Made by a program: the position numbers and the translations under genes. A DNA stretch of 63,997 bases, filler included, from Malassezia furfur (lineage: Eukaryota), in assembly GCA_052055015.1 (NCBI GenBank). It is 14 parts of 14 records of this genome, joined end to end, with 100 filler letters (N's around TTAATTAATTAA, not from the genome) between each part and the next. Parts side by side here need not be neighbours in the genome. Positions count along the whole stretch, not along the records: positions 23,747 to 28,370 come from JBQJIT010000661.1; positions 28,471 to 33,081 come from JBQJIT010000662.1; positions 33,182 to 37,776 come from JBQJIT010000663.1; 11 more parts are not named here. One strand, given 5' to 3'. Every line of letters begins with the position of its first letter. Positions within the stretch are counted from its first letter, which is position 1. This document shows positions 23,747-35,414 of this stretch, piece after piece. A model generated the notes under the pieces. That model saw only the letters and a program-made list of their open reading frames with translations, had not been told where the DNA came from and ran no database searches.

Positions 23747-24504
23747 TGCCGGCCCGCGCGCGGCTGCGCCATGCGCACCGCCTGCCGCGCGATCCACGCG
23801 GCGGCCGCGGGGACGTGGGTGTGCGCAAAGTCGATCAGCGTGAGGAGCGCCTGGCGTGCGCGCACGTCGTCTTCGGCGGCGAGGAGGAGCGCCGCAGCGT
23901 GCTGCACGAGCGCGTGTGCACGCTCCGGCTGCGGCTGGCGGCGTGCGGTCCAAGCGTGTGCCGTGCGGAGGGCGAGCTGCGTCGCGGGCCGCGCCGTGTG
24001 CCAAGCACGGCAACCGAGCGTCGCGTCGAGGACGCGCGTCGCGACGCGCGCGGCGTTGTCGGTGGTGTAGGCTGCGCTGAGCCTCGTGGCGATACGCACG
24101 GCGCTCGCGGCGTCGGCGACGCCGTGGGCGCGCGCCAGCGCGCGCTGCAGGACGAACGGCGGCGCGTCGTCGAGGGTGTCGAGGAGTGAGGCGCAGTCGG
24201 CCCATGTCGTGCGCGTGAGCACGTTGTACCACTGGACGAACGTCGATTCCGGGATGGCGCGGCGTGCGAGCTCTGCGCGCATCGGGAGCGTGTCGTGTGC
24301 GTCGAGGCGCGGCAGGTCGGCGAGCGACGCGGCGAGCGGGCGGCGGCGCGCGTGTTTCCACTCGCCGCGCCCCATGCCGCGGTCCATGAGCGAGCGGGTG
24401 CTGAGCGCGGCGAGCGGGACGTCGTGCGGCGGCCCGGGGAGCGCGTCGTGCGCGGCGGCGAGCGCCGGCGGGCGGCCGCGAAGGAGCGTCGCGCACGGCC
24501 GCAT
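23747..24504 (-). CDS. Hypothetical helical protein, N-terminal part (possibly mitochondrial)
   Basis: ATG divergent from eIF2gamma; Arg-rich N-terminus; open to the contig end. Confidence 0.55.
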
Positions 24505-24554
24505 CGCGAGAAGGTAAGGTCACGTGCGGCGACGTTTTCTCCTCCTTCGCCACC

Positions 24555-25969
24555 ATGTCGGACGGCGTACAGGACGTCACGGACGGCGTGCAGGCGCTCC
24601 AGCTGGGTACGTGGTGCACACTTACGCAGACGTCACGAAGCTCACCCCCCTCTCGCCCGAGGTCATCCGGAACCAGGCGACGATCAACATCGGCACGATT
24701 GGCCACGTCGCGCACGGCAAGTCGACGGTGGTCAAGGCGATTTCCGGCGTGCAGACGGTGCGCTTCAAGAACGAGCTGGTGCGCAACATCACGATCAAGC
24801 TCGGCTATGCGAACGCGAAGATCTACAAGTGCGAGAACCCCAAGTGCCTGCGCCCGCAGTGCTACCAGAGCTACCCCAGCTCCAAGGAGGACCACCCGCC
24901 GTGCCCCAACCCCGGGTGCGGCGGCAAGATGGACCTGGTGCGCCACGTCTCGTTCGTCGACTGCCCCGGCCACGATATCCTGATGGCGACCATGCTCAAC
25001 GGCGCGGCGGTCATGGACGCCGCGCTGCTGCTCATCGCCGGCAACGAGCCGTGCCCGCAGCCGCAGACGAGCGAGCATCTTGCGGCGGTCGAGATCATGA
25101 AGCTGCAGCACATCATCATCCTCCAGAACAAGGTCGACCTGATCCGCGAGCCGGCCGCCGAGGAGCACTGGAAGAGCATCACGGCGTTCGTCAAGGGCAC
25201 GGTCGCCGACGGCGCGCCGATCGTGCCGATTTCGGCGCAGCTGAAGTACAACATCGACGCGGTGAACGAAAACATTGTCAAAAAGGTGCCGGTGCCCGTG
25301 CGCGACTTTACGGCGTCGCCGCGCCTGATCGTCATCCGCTCGTTCGACGTGAACAAGCCGGGCGCGGAGATCGACGAGCTCAAGGGCGGCGTCGCCGGCG
25401 GCTCCATCCTGTCGGGTGTGCTGCGCCTCGGGCAGGAGATCGAGGTGCGCCCCGGCATCGTCACGAAGGACAGCGAGGGCAAGATCCACTGCCGTCCGAT
25501 CTACTCGCGCATTGTGTCGCTGCTCGCCGAGCACAACCCGCTGCAGTTCGCCGTGCCCGGCGGGCTGATCGGTGTCGGCACCAAGATCGACCCGACGCTG
25601 TGCCGTGCGGACCGCCTGGTGGGCCAGGTGCTCGGCGAGGTCGGCAAGCTCCCGGCGATCTACACGGAGCTCGAGATCAACTACTTCCTGCTGCGCCGCC
25701 TGCTCGGTGTCAAGTCGGACGACAAGAAGCAGACCAAGGTGCAGAAGCTCGCGAAGAACGAGGTGCTGATGGTCAACATCGGCTCGACGTCGACGGGCGG
25801 GCGCGTGATGAGCGTCAAGGCGGACCTTGCGAAGATCTTCCTCACGTCGCCCGCGTGCACCGAGGTCGGCGAGAAGATCGCGCTCAGCCGGCGAATCGAC
25901 AAGCACTGGCGCCTCGTCGGCTGGGGCACCGTGCGCCGCGGCACGCAGCTCGAGGTGGATGCGCCGTAG
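24555..25969 (+). CDS. GCD11: Translation initiation factor eIF2 gamma; 23-nt intron 24607-24629
   Basis: [56 protein letters not shown]. Confidence 0.97.
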
Positions 25970-25984
25970 CCGCCGTAGCCGTAG

Positions 25985-26642
25985 ATGGGATCGGGCGATC
26001 GGGCCTCGCTCTGTATGCCCGCCGCCACGCGCTTCTGGGGCGCGGCGCCGGCGCCGCCGGTGGACGCGCCCGCCGAGGGCCAGGGGCTGCTCGGCTTCTT
26101 CCAGAGCGGGCTGTCGGGCTATGTGCCGCTGCGCAGCGGCGAGCGCACGAACGAGGAGGAGGCGTACATCAGCCTGAGCCACTGGGAGCGCTTCCTCGGC
26201 TTTCTGTGCTGCCTCGCGGGCAGCGCGCTGTGCTTCCTGTTCTCCTTCTTCTTCCTCACGCCGCCGATCCTCGCGCTGCGCCCGCACAAGTTTGCGCTCG
26301 CGTTCACGCTCGGCAACGTGCTCTTCCTCGTCGGGTACGTTGGCGCGCCGGCTCCCCCCACTCACACGCAGCTTCGCCGTGCTCTCGGGCCCCCGGGCGC
26401 ACCTGCGGCACCTGTTCAGCGCAGAGCGCTGGCCGTTCAGCACCGCGTACCTCTCGTCGATGGTCGGCACGCTCTACTTTGCGCTCGGCCCGCGCTGGCG
26501 CCTCGTGACGCTGCTGTGCGCGGTAATGGAAATGGCGGCGCTGCTCACCTATGTAGCCGCCTACTTCCCCGGCGGCACGACGACGCTGCGGTACGCCGCG
26601 TCGATGCTCGCGCGCGGGGGATCGAGTCTGCTGCCGCTGTAG
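25985..26642 (+). CDS. SFT2: Golgi transport protein Sft2 (4-TM); 37-nt intron 26335-26371; alternative start at 26015
   Basis: SLSHWERFLGF, RPHKFALAFTLG, FAVLSGPRAHLRHLFSAER, YFPGGTTTL. Confidence 0.85.
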
Positions 26643-26646
26643 CTAC

Positions 26647-27057
26647 TTAGTGGTGCTCCTTGTGCTCGAGGTGCGGGTCCTTCTGCAGCTCGGCAAGGTA
26701 CTTTTCCACCATCTCGGTCTCGTAGACCGCCTCCTCGCTCCGCGCGTTGATCGGCACGTCCTCGGGGTCGTACGCCTTGAACTCGTCAAACGCCTTGTCG
26801 AGGTCCGCGCCCACGACGCTCGGCGTGTGCTTCGGCGGCTCGGGGTGCGAGAACTCGCGCACGGCGCCCTTGTGCGCGTTGGGGTCCTGCTCCGGCGGCT
26901 CGAACGACTTGAGCGTCTTCAGGTAGAGCTCCTGGACGAGGTCTGGGTCAGTCCAACTCCACGCACCCTTGCGGGCCACCGCCGAGGTCGACAGCGCACG
27001 CACGCCGGTCGTGCGCGCCGCAGTGAGAGAGCGCTGGGCGATCGATAGCATCATCAT
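26647..27057 (-). CDS. ATP14: Mitochondrial ATP synthase subunit h; in-frame 24-nt intron 26943-26966
   Basis: Presequence ending STSAVARK then DLVQELYLKTLKSF, typical of fungal subunit h. Confidence 0.85.
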   Translation of the reverse strand: MMMLSIAQRSLTAARTTGVRALSTSAVARKGAWSWTDPDLVQELYLKTLKSFEPPEQDPNAHKGAVREFSHPEPPKHTPSVVGADLDKAFDEFKAYDPEDVPINARSEEAVYETEMVEKYLAELQKDPHLEHKEHH

Positions 27058-27188
27058 CGGAGCAGCAAGCAGAGGGCGCGCGCTCGGCCGGACACGCCCG
27101 GCGCCAGCGGGGAGACGTCACGTGGTCGGAATGGCACGGACCGCACGAGGCGCCCCGCCCGGCCCCCCCGCCTCGCACCCCATCGACC

Positions 27189-27504
27189 ATGATGCTGTCT
27201 ACCCGTATTGCTACGCAGCTCCCTGTGCGCTCCGCCGTGTCCCGCGCGGCGGGCGCCGTGCGCACCTACTCGGCCAGCACGGGCGGCGACGGCAGTGCCG
27301 GCGCCACCGGCCACGACCCCAGCTGGAAGAGCCGCGAGCAGGCGCTCGAGGGCAGCTACATCCTCGAGCAGGAGAAGGCCAAGCTCAAGAAGCTCCACGA
27401 GTCCGTTGAGCAGCAGAAGAAGGTTGTCGAGAACGTACGTGCGCGCGCGCCTCCCCCGCGACTGACCCCAGCTCGAGAGCGGCCAGAAGGCCGAGAAGAA
27501 GTAA
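27189..27504 (+). CDS. INH1: Mitochondrial F1Fo-ATPase inhibitor (IF1/Inh1 family); 37-nt intron 27435-27471
   Basis: Presequence ..VRTYS, GSAGAT, WKSREQALEGSYILEQEKAKLKKL coiled coil. Confidence 0.8.
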
Positions 27505-27568
27505 ACCGCCGCCGGTCTGCTCTCATAGCGTGGGGCGCTGTGCTCTCTCTATGTAGCCTACCAACCGC

Positions 27569-28370
27569 TCACCCCGGCCGCGCACCCGCGCCCGCCTGCG
27601 CCAGCAGCCGGTCCCACACCGCCTCGCTCTCGAGCACGCACCCGCGCGCGAGCAGCCACCGCGCATACGCCCGGATCGCATGCACATCGCTGCGCTCCAC
27701 GGCCTCCTCGCCACTGCGCCCGAGCCGCGCGCTGAGCAGCGTGTCGAGGTTGCCGAGGATGAACAGCTGGCTCTGGGCGCGCGTCAGCGCCACATTCAGC
27801 CGGCGCGTGTCCGCCAAAAAGCCGACGTACCCGCCGTGCGCTGCCGCGTCGCCCGGCACGGCAAGCGCCGCCGCACGCGCAGCGCTCGGCGCCGTGAGCG
27901 CCGCCCGCAGCGCCGGCGCGCCGCGCCACGTGCCGCCGCCCGCCTTGACCGTCGAAAAGAGCATGACCCGCTTCTCGCGGCCCTCGAACCCGTCGACGGT
28001 GTGCACCTCGACGTGCGCGAGCTGCGCCGCACGCGCCGCGTCGGTGTGCGCGAGCGTGTGCAGCGCATACTCGCTCAGCAGCGGCAGCGACGCGAGGCCC
28101 GGCGCGTCGTGCGGCACACCGACGTCGCCCGCACACGCGCCGGCGGCGAGCATGCGCTCGAGCAGGCGCACCTGCGCCTCGTACGGCGTCACGATGCCGA
28201 TCTCGTCGCCGCGCAGCGTGGGGTTGCGCACGAGCAGGTCGCACAGCAGCGCGAGCGCAAGGTCCGCCTGCGGCGCATTGTACGGCGACACGCCGCCGAG
28301 GCCGCCCGCGGCGCTCGCGGCGCTCGGCGCGACGGGCGCGTGCGTCAGCAGCGTGACGGCGTGCGGCGTG
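27569..28370 (-). CDS. SF1 Upf1/DNA2/NAM7-like helicase, C-terminal RecA domain (5' truncated)
   Basis: IGIVTPYEAQV, VHTVDGFEGREK, VGFLADTRRLNVALTRAQ. Confidence 0.85.
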
Positions 28371-28470
28371 NNNNNNNNNNNNNNNNNNNNNNNNNNNNNN
28401 NNNNNNNNNNNNNNTTAATTAATTAANNNNNNNNNNNNNNNNNNNNNNNNNNNNNNNNNNNNNNNNNNNN

Positions 28471-29695
28471 GCTTGGGCGCGGGCGCCGCTGCGGGCGCTG
28501 CCGCGTGCGCCGGCTTGGCGTCGCCCTTGCGGCGCGTCACCTTGAGGCTCTTGCGGTCCAGGCTGTGCTCGATCTCGGCAAGGCCAATACCAGACTGCAC
28601 GCACTTGGCGAGCGCAAAGTAGAGCAAATCCGCCGCCTCGAACGCGACATGCTCCGGCTCGGTGGCCTCGACGAGCTCCTGCGCCTCTTCGCGGATCTTG
28701 GCGCCGAGCAGCGACGCGTCACTAAACAGGCGCGCGGTGTAGGAGCCCTGCGGCGCGCTCGCCTTGCGCGCACGCAGCGTCTGCTCCAGCTTGGCCAGGC
28801 CGCGCAACGAGCCGAAGCACGACGCGCGGTCGGTCAGGTGGCAAAAGCCCACGGCCTCGGTGCCGGCGTGCTGCTCCACCTGGAACTCGACGGCGTCCTC
28901 ATCGCAGTCCAGCACGACGCGCACGACGTTTTGTGTCGCGCCGCTCGTCGCACCCTTGTGCCAGAGCCCGCGCTTGCGCGACTCGTAGTGCGCCGAGCCG
29001 GTGAGCAGCGACGCACGGATGCTCCGCGGCGACGAGTACACCAGCCCCAGCGAGGTCGACAGCGGCTCCGACACCACGACCGTCGGGAACAGGCCATCCT
29101 GGCGGTCCGACTTGATCGCGCACAGTAGCGCGTCGACGTAGTCCACCTTGCTGCCGTCGACCGACAGCTGCGAAGTGGGAACGACGGGCGTGGCACCCGA
29201 GGCGTGCACGGCCTTGATCTCTTCCAGAGTCACGGGCGTGGGCGACTGCATGTATACTGGCTTCCCACACACCGCGGTCTCCATCGCATCGAGGAAGCGC
29301 TGCGCGGTGCCTTCGTGCGGCGTGCCTGCGCAGCGCACGAGTGCACCGGCGGCCTGCTTCTGGCTCGGCGGCGTGCCGTCCTCGGCGACCGCAAGGATGA
29401 TGCGCGACGTGCGCACACTTTCCTCGAGCTCACCAAGCACGCTGCTGGATGCCGGGATGACCAGCGCATCCACGCCGGCGTTGAGCAGGTCGATCACCTG
29501 GTCATACGTCGGCTCGTCGACCTGCACAAGGATCGGCGTACGCGAAAAATCCTTCCATACGAGCTGCTGGAGCGCGTCATGGGGGACCAGCAGCGGCGAA
29601 GAGCGCGAAATGGCCTGCGCCAGCTGGCTTTGGTCCCAGCCCGCCACTGACTCTCGCGTCAGGGCCGGCAGAAGCGGCGACGACTGCTGCAGCAT
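28471..29695 (-). CDS. HIS4: Trifunctional histidine biosynthesis protein (PRA-CH and PRA-PH portion), 3' truncated
   Basis: SDRQDGLFPTVV, LGLVYSS, SRKRGLWHKGATSGATQ, DCDED, GSYTARLF, EAADLLYFA, KVTRRKGDAKP. Confidence 0.93.
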
Positions 29696-29810
29696 GAAGA
29701 AGAATGTCCAGCGTGACTCGTGGGCACGTGACTCGAGATAAGCGCGGCGCTCGCTGGGTCCACCGGCGCGGCGCCCGCCCGGCGTCTTGCTTCCATCCCG
29801 CGCACCGACG

Positions 29811-31436
29811 ATGCTGGGTCGCACAGGAGTACTTGCGCTGCTGGCATTCGCCGGCGCTGCGTGTGCGTCGCAGGCGCCATTCGAACTGCCCATCAACACG
29901 CCCGTGGAGACGAGCGATTTCCGTGTGCTGTCGCACCCCTCGCTGCCGGCGCACACGCTGCGTCTGCGTCGCGTGCCCGACGGCCTGTGCGAGCGCAACG
30001 GCACCGCGTCGTGGTCCGGCTACCTCGATGTGGACTTGGATGTGCTGTACGAGCGCGAGGACAAGATGTACGGCACGCAGTCGACGACGCGGCCTCCGCC
30101 GGGCATCATTGAGCACTTCTACTTCTGGGCGTTTGAGTCGCGCAACAACAAGCTGACCGACCCGGTGACGCTCTGGCTGAATGGCGGCCCCGGCTGCTCG
30201 TCGTTCACGGGCCTGCTGATGGAGCTGGGTCCGTGCAATGCGGCGCCGCCCAAGGACGGTGTGCCCCGCACCGAATGGAACCCGTATGCCTGGAACACCA
30301 ACTCGTCGATGATCTTCTTGGACCAGCCCACGGGCACGGGCTTCTCGTACGCGTCGTGGAAGAACACCTCGCGGGAGGACGCGCCGCCGTCGCGCATCTT
30401 CGACACGGCGCACGCCGCGCGTGACGTGTCGGCTTTCCTGCACCTGCTCGGCACCGACAGCGCGAACGAGGTGGTGTCGCTCGAGACGCTGCCTGGCAGC
30501 CCGCTCCCGCAGTTCACCGAGTTCCACATGGCCGGCGAGTCGTACGCGGGCCGCTACCTGCCGCTGATCGCCAGCCAGCTGCTCAAGGACAACGCACGGC
30601 TCGTCGCGCAGCCCGAGAGCGGTCTGCTCCCGATCCCGCTGGCCTCGGTGCTGATCGGCAATGGTATCACCTCGCCTAAGCACCAGAACAAGGCGTTTGT
30701 GCAATACGCGTGCACCAACGCCACGGGCCACGGCCCCTTCCTGAACAAGCGCACGTGCGACAAGATGTGGAAGCAGCTGCCTGAGTGCCGCAAGATGCTC
30801 GAGAAGTGCAACAAGCACGTCGGAAACGTGCCCTACTCGCGTGAAGCGTGCGTCAATGCCAACTCGTTCTGCTCGGGCGCGCTGTCGTCGCCTTGGGACG
30901 CGACCAACTCGTCGTTCTTCGACTACAACCACAAGCCCGACTACGACGAGGAGGAGTATGTCGCGGCGCTGCTCAACCACAAGGAGACGCGCGCAAAGCT
31001 CGGTATCGACAAGCGTGGTGCGGGCGACAACCACGACGGCAAGTTTGTCGGGTGCTCGGACCGCGTGTACAACGACTTTGAGACGACCGGCGACGGTGCG
31101 CGTGAGAGCACGTGGGCGGTGCGCGACGTGCTCTCCAAGGGGGTGCGTGTGCTGAGCTACTCGGGCACGCGCGACTTTATTTGCAACTACATCGGCAACG
31201 AGCACTGGACGCGTGATCTCGACTGGGCGGGCGGCGACGACTTCCGGAAGGCGCCGCTCGAGCCCTGGTACGTCGACGGTGTTGAGGGCCCCGCGGGCCA
31301 CTTCCGCAACTTTGGCAACCTGACGTTTGCCACGGTCAACGACGCCGGCCACTTTGTCCCGCACGACCAGCCTGCCGTTGCCCAGCAAATGTTCCGCCGC
31401 TGGGAGCACGGCGCGGTTAAGGGCCGTTTGGACTAA
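29811..31436 (+). CDS. Carboxypeptidase Y-like serine carboxypeptidase (S10)
   Basis: Signal peptide; HFYFWAFESRN, WLNGGPGCSS, DQPTGTGFSY, GESYAG, DFICNYIG, AGHFVPHDQP. Confidence 0.92.
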   Translation: MLGRTGVLALLAFAGAACASQAPFELPINTPVETSDFRVLSHPSLPAHTLRLRRVPDGLCERNGTASWSGYLDVDLDVLYEREDKMYGTQSTTRPPPGIIEHFYFWAFESRNNKLTDPVTLWLNGGPGCSSFTGLLMELGPCNAAPPKDGVPRTEWNPYAWNTNSSMIFLDQPTGTGFSYASWKNTSREDAPPSRIFDTAHAARDVSAFLHLLGTDSANEVVSLETLPGSPLPQFTEFHMAGESYAGRYLPLIASQLLKDNARLVAQPESGLLPIPLASVLIGNGITSPKHQNKAFVQYACTNATGHGPFLNKRTCDKMWKQLPECRKMLEKCNKHVGNVPYSREACVNANSFCSGALSSPWDATNSSFFDYNHKPDYDEEEYVAALLNHKETRAKLGIDKRGAGDNHDGKFVGCSDRVYNDFETTGDGARESTWAVRDVLSKGVRVLSYSGTRDFICNYIGNEHWTRDLDWAGGDDFRKAPLEPWYVDGVEGPAGHFRNFGNLTFATVNDAGHFVPHDQPAVAQQMFRRWEHGAVKGRLD

Positions 31437-31507
31437 ATAGCCCCAATTTCACCACGTGGTCTCTATGGTACATTGAGCCGGGCCTCCACCCTGAGCGTCC
31501 GGCCGAA

Positions 31508-33081
31508 CTACACGCGCGTTCTCTTCGTGTGACTGGGCACGGGCGGCGGCCGCGAATTGTTCCGCGCGCCACTCGTGCGTTTCACCACAGGCGGCGAGCC
31601 GGCCAATTGTTGCGACGGCGGTCGCCCAATCGCCGGTGCACTTGCGCTGAGCACCGTCGCGTCGAGCGACGCAAACGGCGGCGTAGGCCCTGCGCCGGAC
31701 GTCGCTCGCAGTCCCAGCGCCTGCGGCATCGGCTGCTGTGCATGAGGGAAGGGGGAGAGTGCGGAGGGCGCAGGACTGTTGGACGCCGATCGCCCGCGGA
31801 CTGTGCGCCGGTGCCGCCGGATCTGGGGTGACACGGGGTATGGCCCGACGTCGACGGCGCGCCGGGCACCGGCATGCGGGCGCAGCCGCGCGGCCGTCTT
31901 GGCTGGCGACGCGGTCGGTGTGAGAAGGTGCTCGCCACGCCGCTCGTGCGGCAGAGCGCGCGACACTTGCGCTGGCAGTTGGCCGATGTCCACCGACCAC
32001 GCCGGCGGCGGCGGAGGCCGCACGGCCGCCAGCGACGGGCTGCTCCACGTCGCAGGTGCCACAGGCGTGTTCTTGCGGCTCCACACGCTGACAAAGAGAA
32101 TGCGCTTCATGCGACGGTTGTAGAAGAAGCTGAACGTCGACCACAGCAGACCGGCGCCCGCGCCGCCTAAGTCGTCTTCGTCGAGCGCCACGTCGTCGTG
32201 GTTGTGAGTGCTGCTGAACGAGGAGGAGTGTGTGTGATGTGGCGCGCTGCCTGTGCCACTCTCTCGGCGCGGCGCAAAGCCGCCGTCCATGAGGTCTTCG
32301 TCAAAGACAGGCGCGTCGGTCATCTCGACGTCGTGGTCCGTGGGCGTGCCGCCGCGGGACACGACACCCCCGGCATCGACCGAGTAGCCCTCGTCGTACG
32401 GATCGCAGTCGTCCATCTCGCCGCCCTCCTCATCGGGCTCGGCACTGGCATGGGGATCCGAGTCCATGTCCGGGTGGAAGGAGTACACCTCGCAGTCAGC
32501 GATGTTGATGATGTCGTCTAGCACGGTCGACAACGAAGCATTCGCAGACCGCGTATTGCTACCGCTCGCCGCGAGCGGATGGCTGGACGTCGCGGCGTGC
32601 GGTCGTGTGTCACTGCCCATCGGCGAGCGTGCCGGAAGCACCGGGTCGTCGAGCGAGTGCGAAAGGCTCCCAAGTGAGTTGGGCGACACGATCCCACTCT
32701 TGAGGCTCTGGAGGGTGGACGTGAGACTGGTCAGCACCATCGTCGGGCTCGCTTCGCGAATAAAGTCGCCGGGGTTCACGTCGCTAAAGTCGTGGTCCGG
32801 GAACGCACCATTTAGCGTCGCGATCAGAAGGAACAGCGTCTTGCGCGCACTTGGCTGATCGAGCCGCCCGAATGGCGACGCGAGCGCCTCGTCGAGGTAG
32901 CCCGGCGGCGAGCTCGACGCTGATAACAGATAGGACGACTCGAGGTTCTTGAATAGGCGTTTCTCCTTGTTGACCGCCTTGCACGAATACGCCTCAAGGC
33001 GTGTAAACACTTTGCACTCGCTCATTTCAAATGTGAGCGCGCGCGAGAGCACCTCGAGCTCGGGATACTCCAGGTACTTCA
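31508..33081 (-). CDS. MAF1: RNA polymerase III repressor Maf1 (start codon cut by the contig edge)
   Basis: KYLEYPELE..RLEAYSCK, RKTLFLLIATLNGAFPDHDFS, CEVYSFHPD..DP, LWSTFSFFYNRRMKRILF. Confidence 0.92.
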
Positions 33082-33181
33082 NNNNNNNNNNNNNNNNNNN
33101 NNNNNNNNNNNNNNNNNNNNNNNNNTTAATTAATTAANNNNNNNNNNNNNNNNNNNNNNNNNNNNNNNNNNNNNNNNNNNN

Positions 33182-34621
33182 CCTGCGGCGCGCCCGCTGC
33201 CGCTGCCGCTGCTCGCGCGCGCGCCGCAGGTGCGTGCGTATGCCAGCAAGCCGCCGCAGGGCGTCGTGTCCTATGCGATGAAGCTCATGACTGACCCCGT
33301 GATCGAGACCATTGCGCTCGCGTCGCGCATCGCGCGCATCCTTGTCGGCTCCGTGCTGGTGGTCGGCTCGGTGACGTTTGTCGTGTGGGAGGGTGCGCAT
33401 CAGTATGTAGAGCACGTCGCGATGCCTGCCGCTGCCCACATCGAAGAGGTGTCGGCACACGACACCTACGGCTGGGAGCGCGACGACGTCACGCACCACC
33501 TTGGCATTGCGCCGGGCACCGACGCGCGCCTCGGCATCTTTGGCCGGCACATTGTGCGCAGTGCCTGGATGGCCGAGCACTGGGGCGGCGGCATCGCGCC
33601 GCAGGCCATCTTTGGCCTTGCGCCGCGCGGTATGCCTGTGCACCGCGCAGCCGACTTTGAGGCGCACCAGGGGCTGCGCCTCGCCGAGCGCTTTTTGACG
33701 ACCGCGCTGCGCGTCGCCGATGAACGCAACGTGCGGGTCGAGGAGTTTGCCGACACCGGCGCGCCGCTCGACTCCACCGCTGCGACGCTCGAAGCGTGGC
33801 TCGCTGCTTTGCGCATGCGCCTCGGCACGCCCGCGGCGCTGAGCGCGGCGGGCCTCGCGTACGAGAAGCTGTACGATGCCTATGCCACGCAGCCGCACGC
33901 CGAGGCGGTGTGCGACGTGCTGGCGATGCGCCTCGGCACGCTCCAGGGCCAGCTGGGGCGCCTGGATGAGAGCCTCGCGTGGTTTGGCCGTGCGCTCCAC
34001 GACGATACCCGCGCGTTGGTGGACGCGGCGCTCGCGCACAAGGCCGCGCCGCGCTCGCCACTCGCGACGCGCACTGCTGTCCGCACGCTCGAGGCGCTCT
34101 CGCGTGTGTACGTGCACGCCTCGAGCCTGAGCGACACGCCGCGCGACGCGCTCCACGACGCACTGCGTGTCCAGCTCGCCGCGCTCGCCCTGGCACAGGA
34201 CGAGCACGCGCGCCCGGGCGTCGGAGCGGACGCCGAGCTGCAGCGCGCGTGGGCGCACGAGACCGAGGCCGAGATGGGCGTGCAGATCGCCGAGACGCTC
34301 TATGCGCTGCACCAGCACCCCGCGCCGCGCCGCTGGCTCGCGTGGCTGAAGCGCGACAAGGTGCTCGATGCACGGCCGCCGCGCACCGACACAGTGCTGC
34401 CAGCCACGGCGGGGGCGTACGCCGCGAGCCGCGCATGGCTCACGTTCGCGGTCGATCGCGCCGCGCACGTACAGGCGGCGCTCGCTGCCGAGGCGCCCAC
34501 GCCGTCGTACGCGGCGCTCAGTCGGCAACACGCCGCGGCGCGGCTGGGCGAGCGCGCACGCCTCACTGAAAGCGAGGCGCAGCTGCTGCTGCGCGCGCTC
34601 GCGCGGCACGAAGTCCCGTAG
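33182..34621 (+). CDS. Hypothetical helical-repeat membrane protein, probably mitochondrial (5' truncated)
   Basis: Presequence-like ..PQVRAYAS, one TM segment ILVGSVLVVGSVTFVVW, long open frame. Confidence 0.6.
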   Translation, partial: PAARPLPLPLLARAPQVRAYASKPPQGVVSYAMKLMTDPVIETIALASRIARILVGSVLVVGSVTFVVWEGAHQYVEHVAMPAAAHIEEVSAHDTYGWERDDVTHHLGIAPGTDARLGIFGRHIVRSAWMAEHWGGGIAPQAIFGLAPRGMPVHRAADFEAHQGLRLAERFLTTALRVADERNVRVEEFADTGAPLDSTAATLEAWLAALRMRLGTPAALSAAGLAYEKLYDAYATQPHAEAVCDVLAMRLGTLQGQLGRLDESLAWFGRALHDDTRALVDAALAHKAAPRSPLATRTAVRTLEALSRVYVHASSLSDTPRDALHDALRVQLAALALAQDEHARPGVGADAELQRAWAHETEAEMGVQIAETLYALHQHPAPRRWLAWLKRDKVLDARPPRTDTVLPATAGAYAASRAWLTFAVDRAAHVQAALAAEAPTPSYAALSRQHAAARLGERARLTESEAQLLLRALARHEVP

Positions 34622-34631
34622 TCTACGTACA

Positions 34632-35379
34632 CTATGCACCCGGTCCGAGCGCAATCAGGTTGAACTGCACCTGGTCGGGGTCCGTGCGCATCTGCGTGAG
34701 CGGCGGCGCAACATACGTAGTAGTCCTGCACGAACTGTGCGGCGCTCGGCAGCAGCGCGGCCTGGGAGGCGACGGGCACGTCGCGCGCGACCGGTCCGCG
34801 TCGGCGGCCGTCCAGCTCCCACAGCTTCCCGTCCGGGCCACGCACGAACGCGACAAAGTGCAGATCGACGGGCTCGTCGGCGCCCGGCGCGGCGGTCTGC
34901 CCCTGCCCAGCGGTCGCGGCGTGTGCACTCTTGAGCGCGTCCGAGCTCTCCAGCAGCTTGGTGCGGTCCGCGGGTGTCGCGCCACGCGCCACGCGCAGCA
35001 GTTGCGCGAGCGGCGAGTCGGTCTGGATCGCCTCCTGGGCGGGCGAGTTGGCAATCGCATGCAGCAGGCCGATCGTGCCACACGCATTGCCAATCTGGGT
35101 CAGTGTGCAGCGACGCACCGTCTGCTGGAACCAGAGCACGTCTTCGGCGCCCTGCGGCCGCGTGTACGCGGCGTCCTCGGTGCGGTGGCGCGCCTCGACG
35201 TTCGGCGTGAGCGGCAGCAGGCACAGCACCGCATGCACAGGCTGCGGCACCATTGCGAGCAGCTCCTCGTCTAGTCCGAATATGTCATGGAACGTGCTTT
35301 GTTGCGTATCAAGGCCGAGCTGGGCGCTCCACGCGCCAAACAGCTCCGGATTCGCTTCGAGCGGCACCCACGACGTCAT
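34632..35379 (-). CDS. YUH1: Ubiquitin C-terminal hydrolase (Yuh1/UCHL3 family); introns 35095-35118 and 34692-34716
   Basis: WVPLEANPE, QT|IGNACGTIGLLH, DLHFVAFV, LWELDGRRRGP, FNLIAL. Confidence 0.9.
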
Positions 35380-35397
35380 GGCCCGGGCGGAGGGCGC

Positions 35398-35403
35398 CAC
35401 GTG
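35398..35403. promoter_or_regulatory. CACGTG E-box in the 35-bp YUH1/BET2 divergent spacer
   Basis: Between the CAT at 35377-35379 and the ATG at 35415. Confidence 0.6.
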
Positions 35404-35414
35404 CTGCCTCCACC

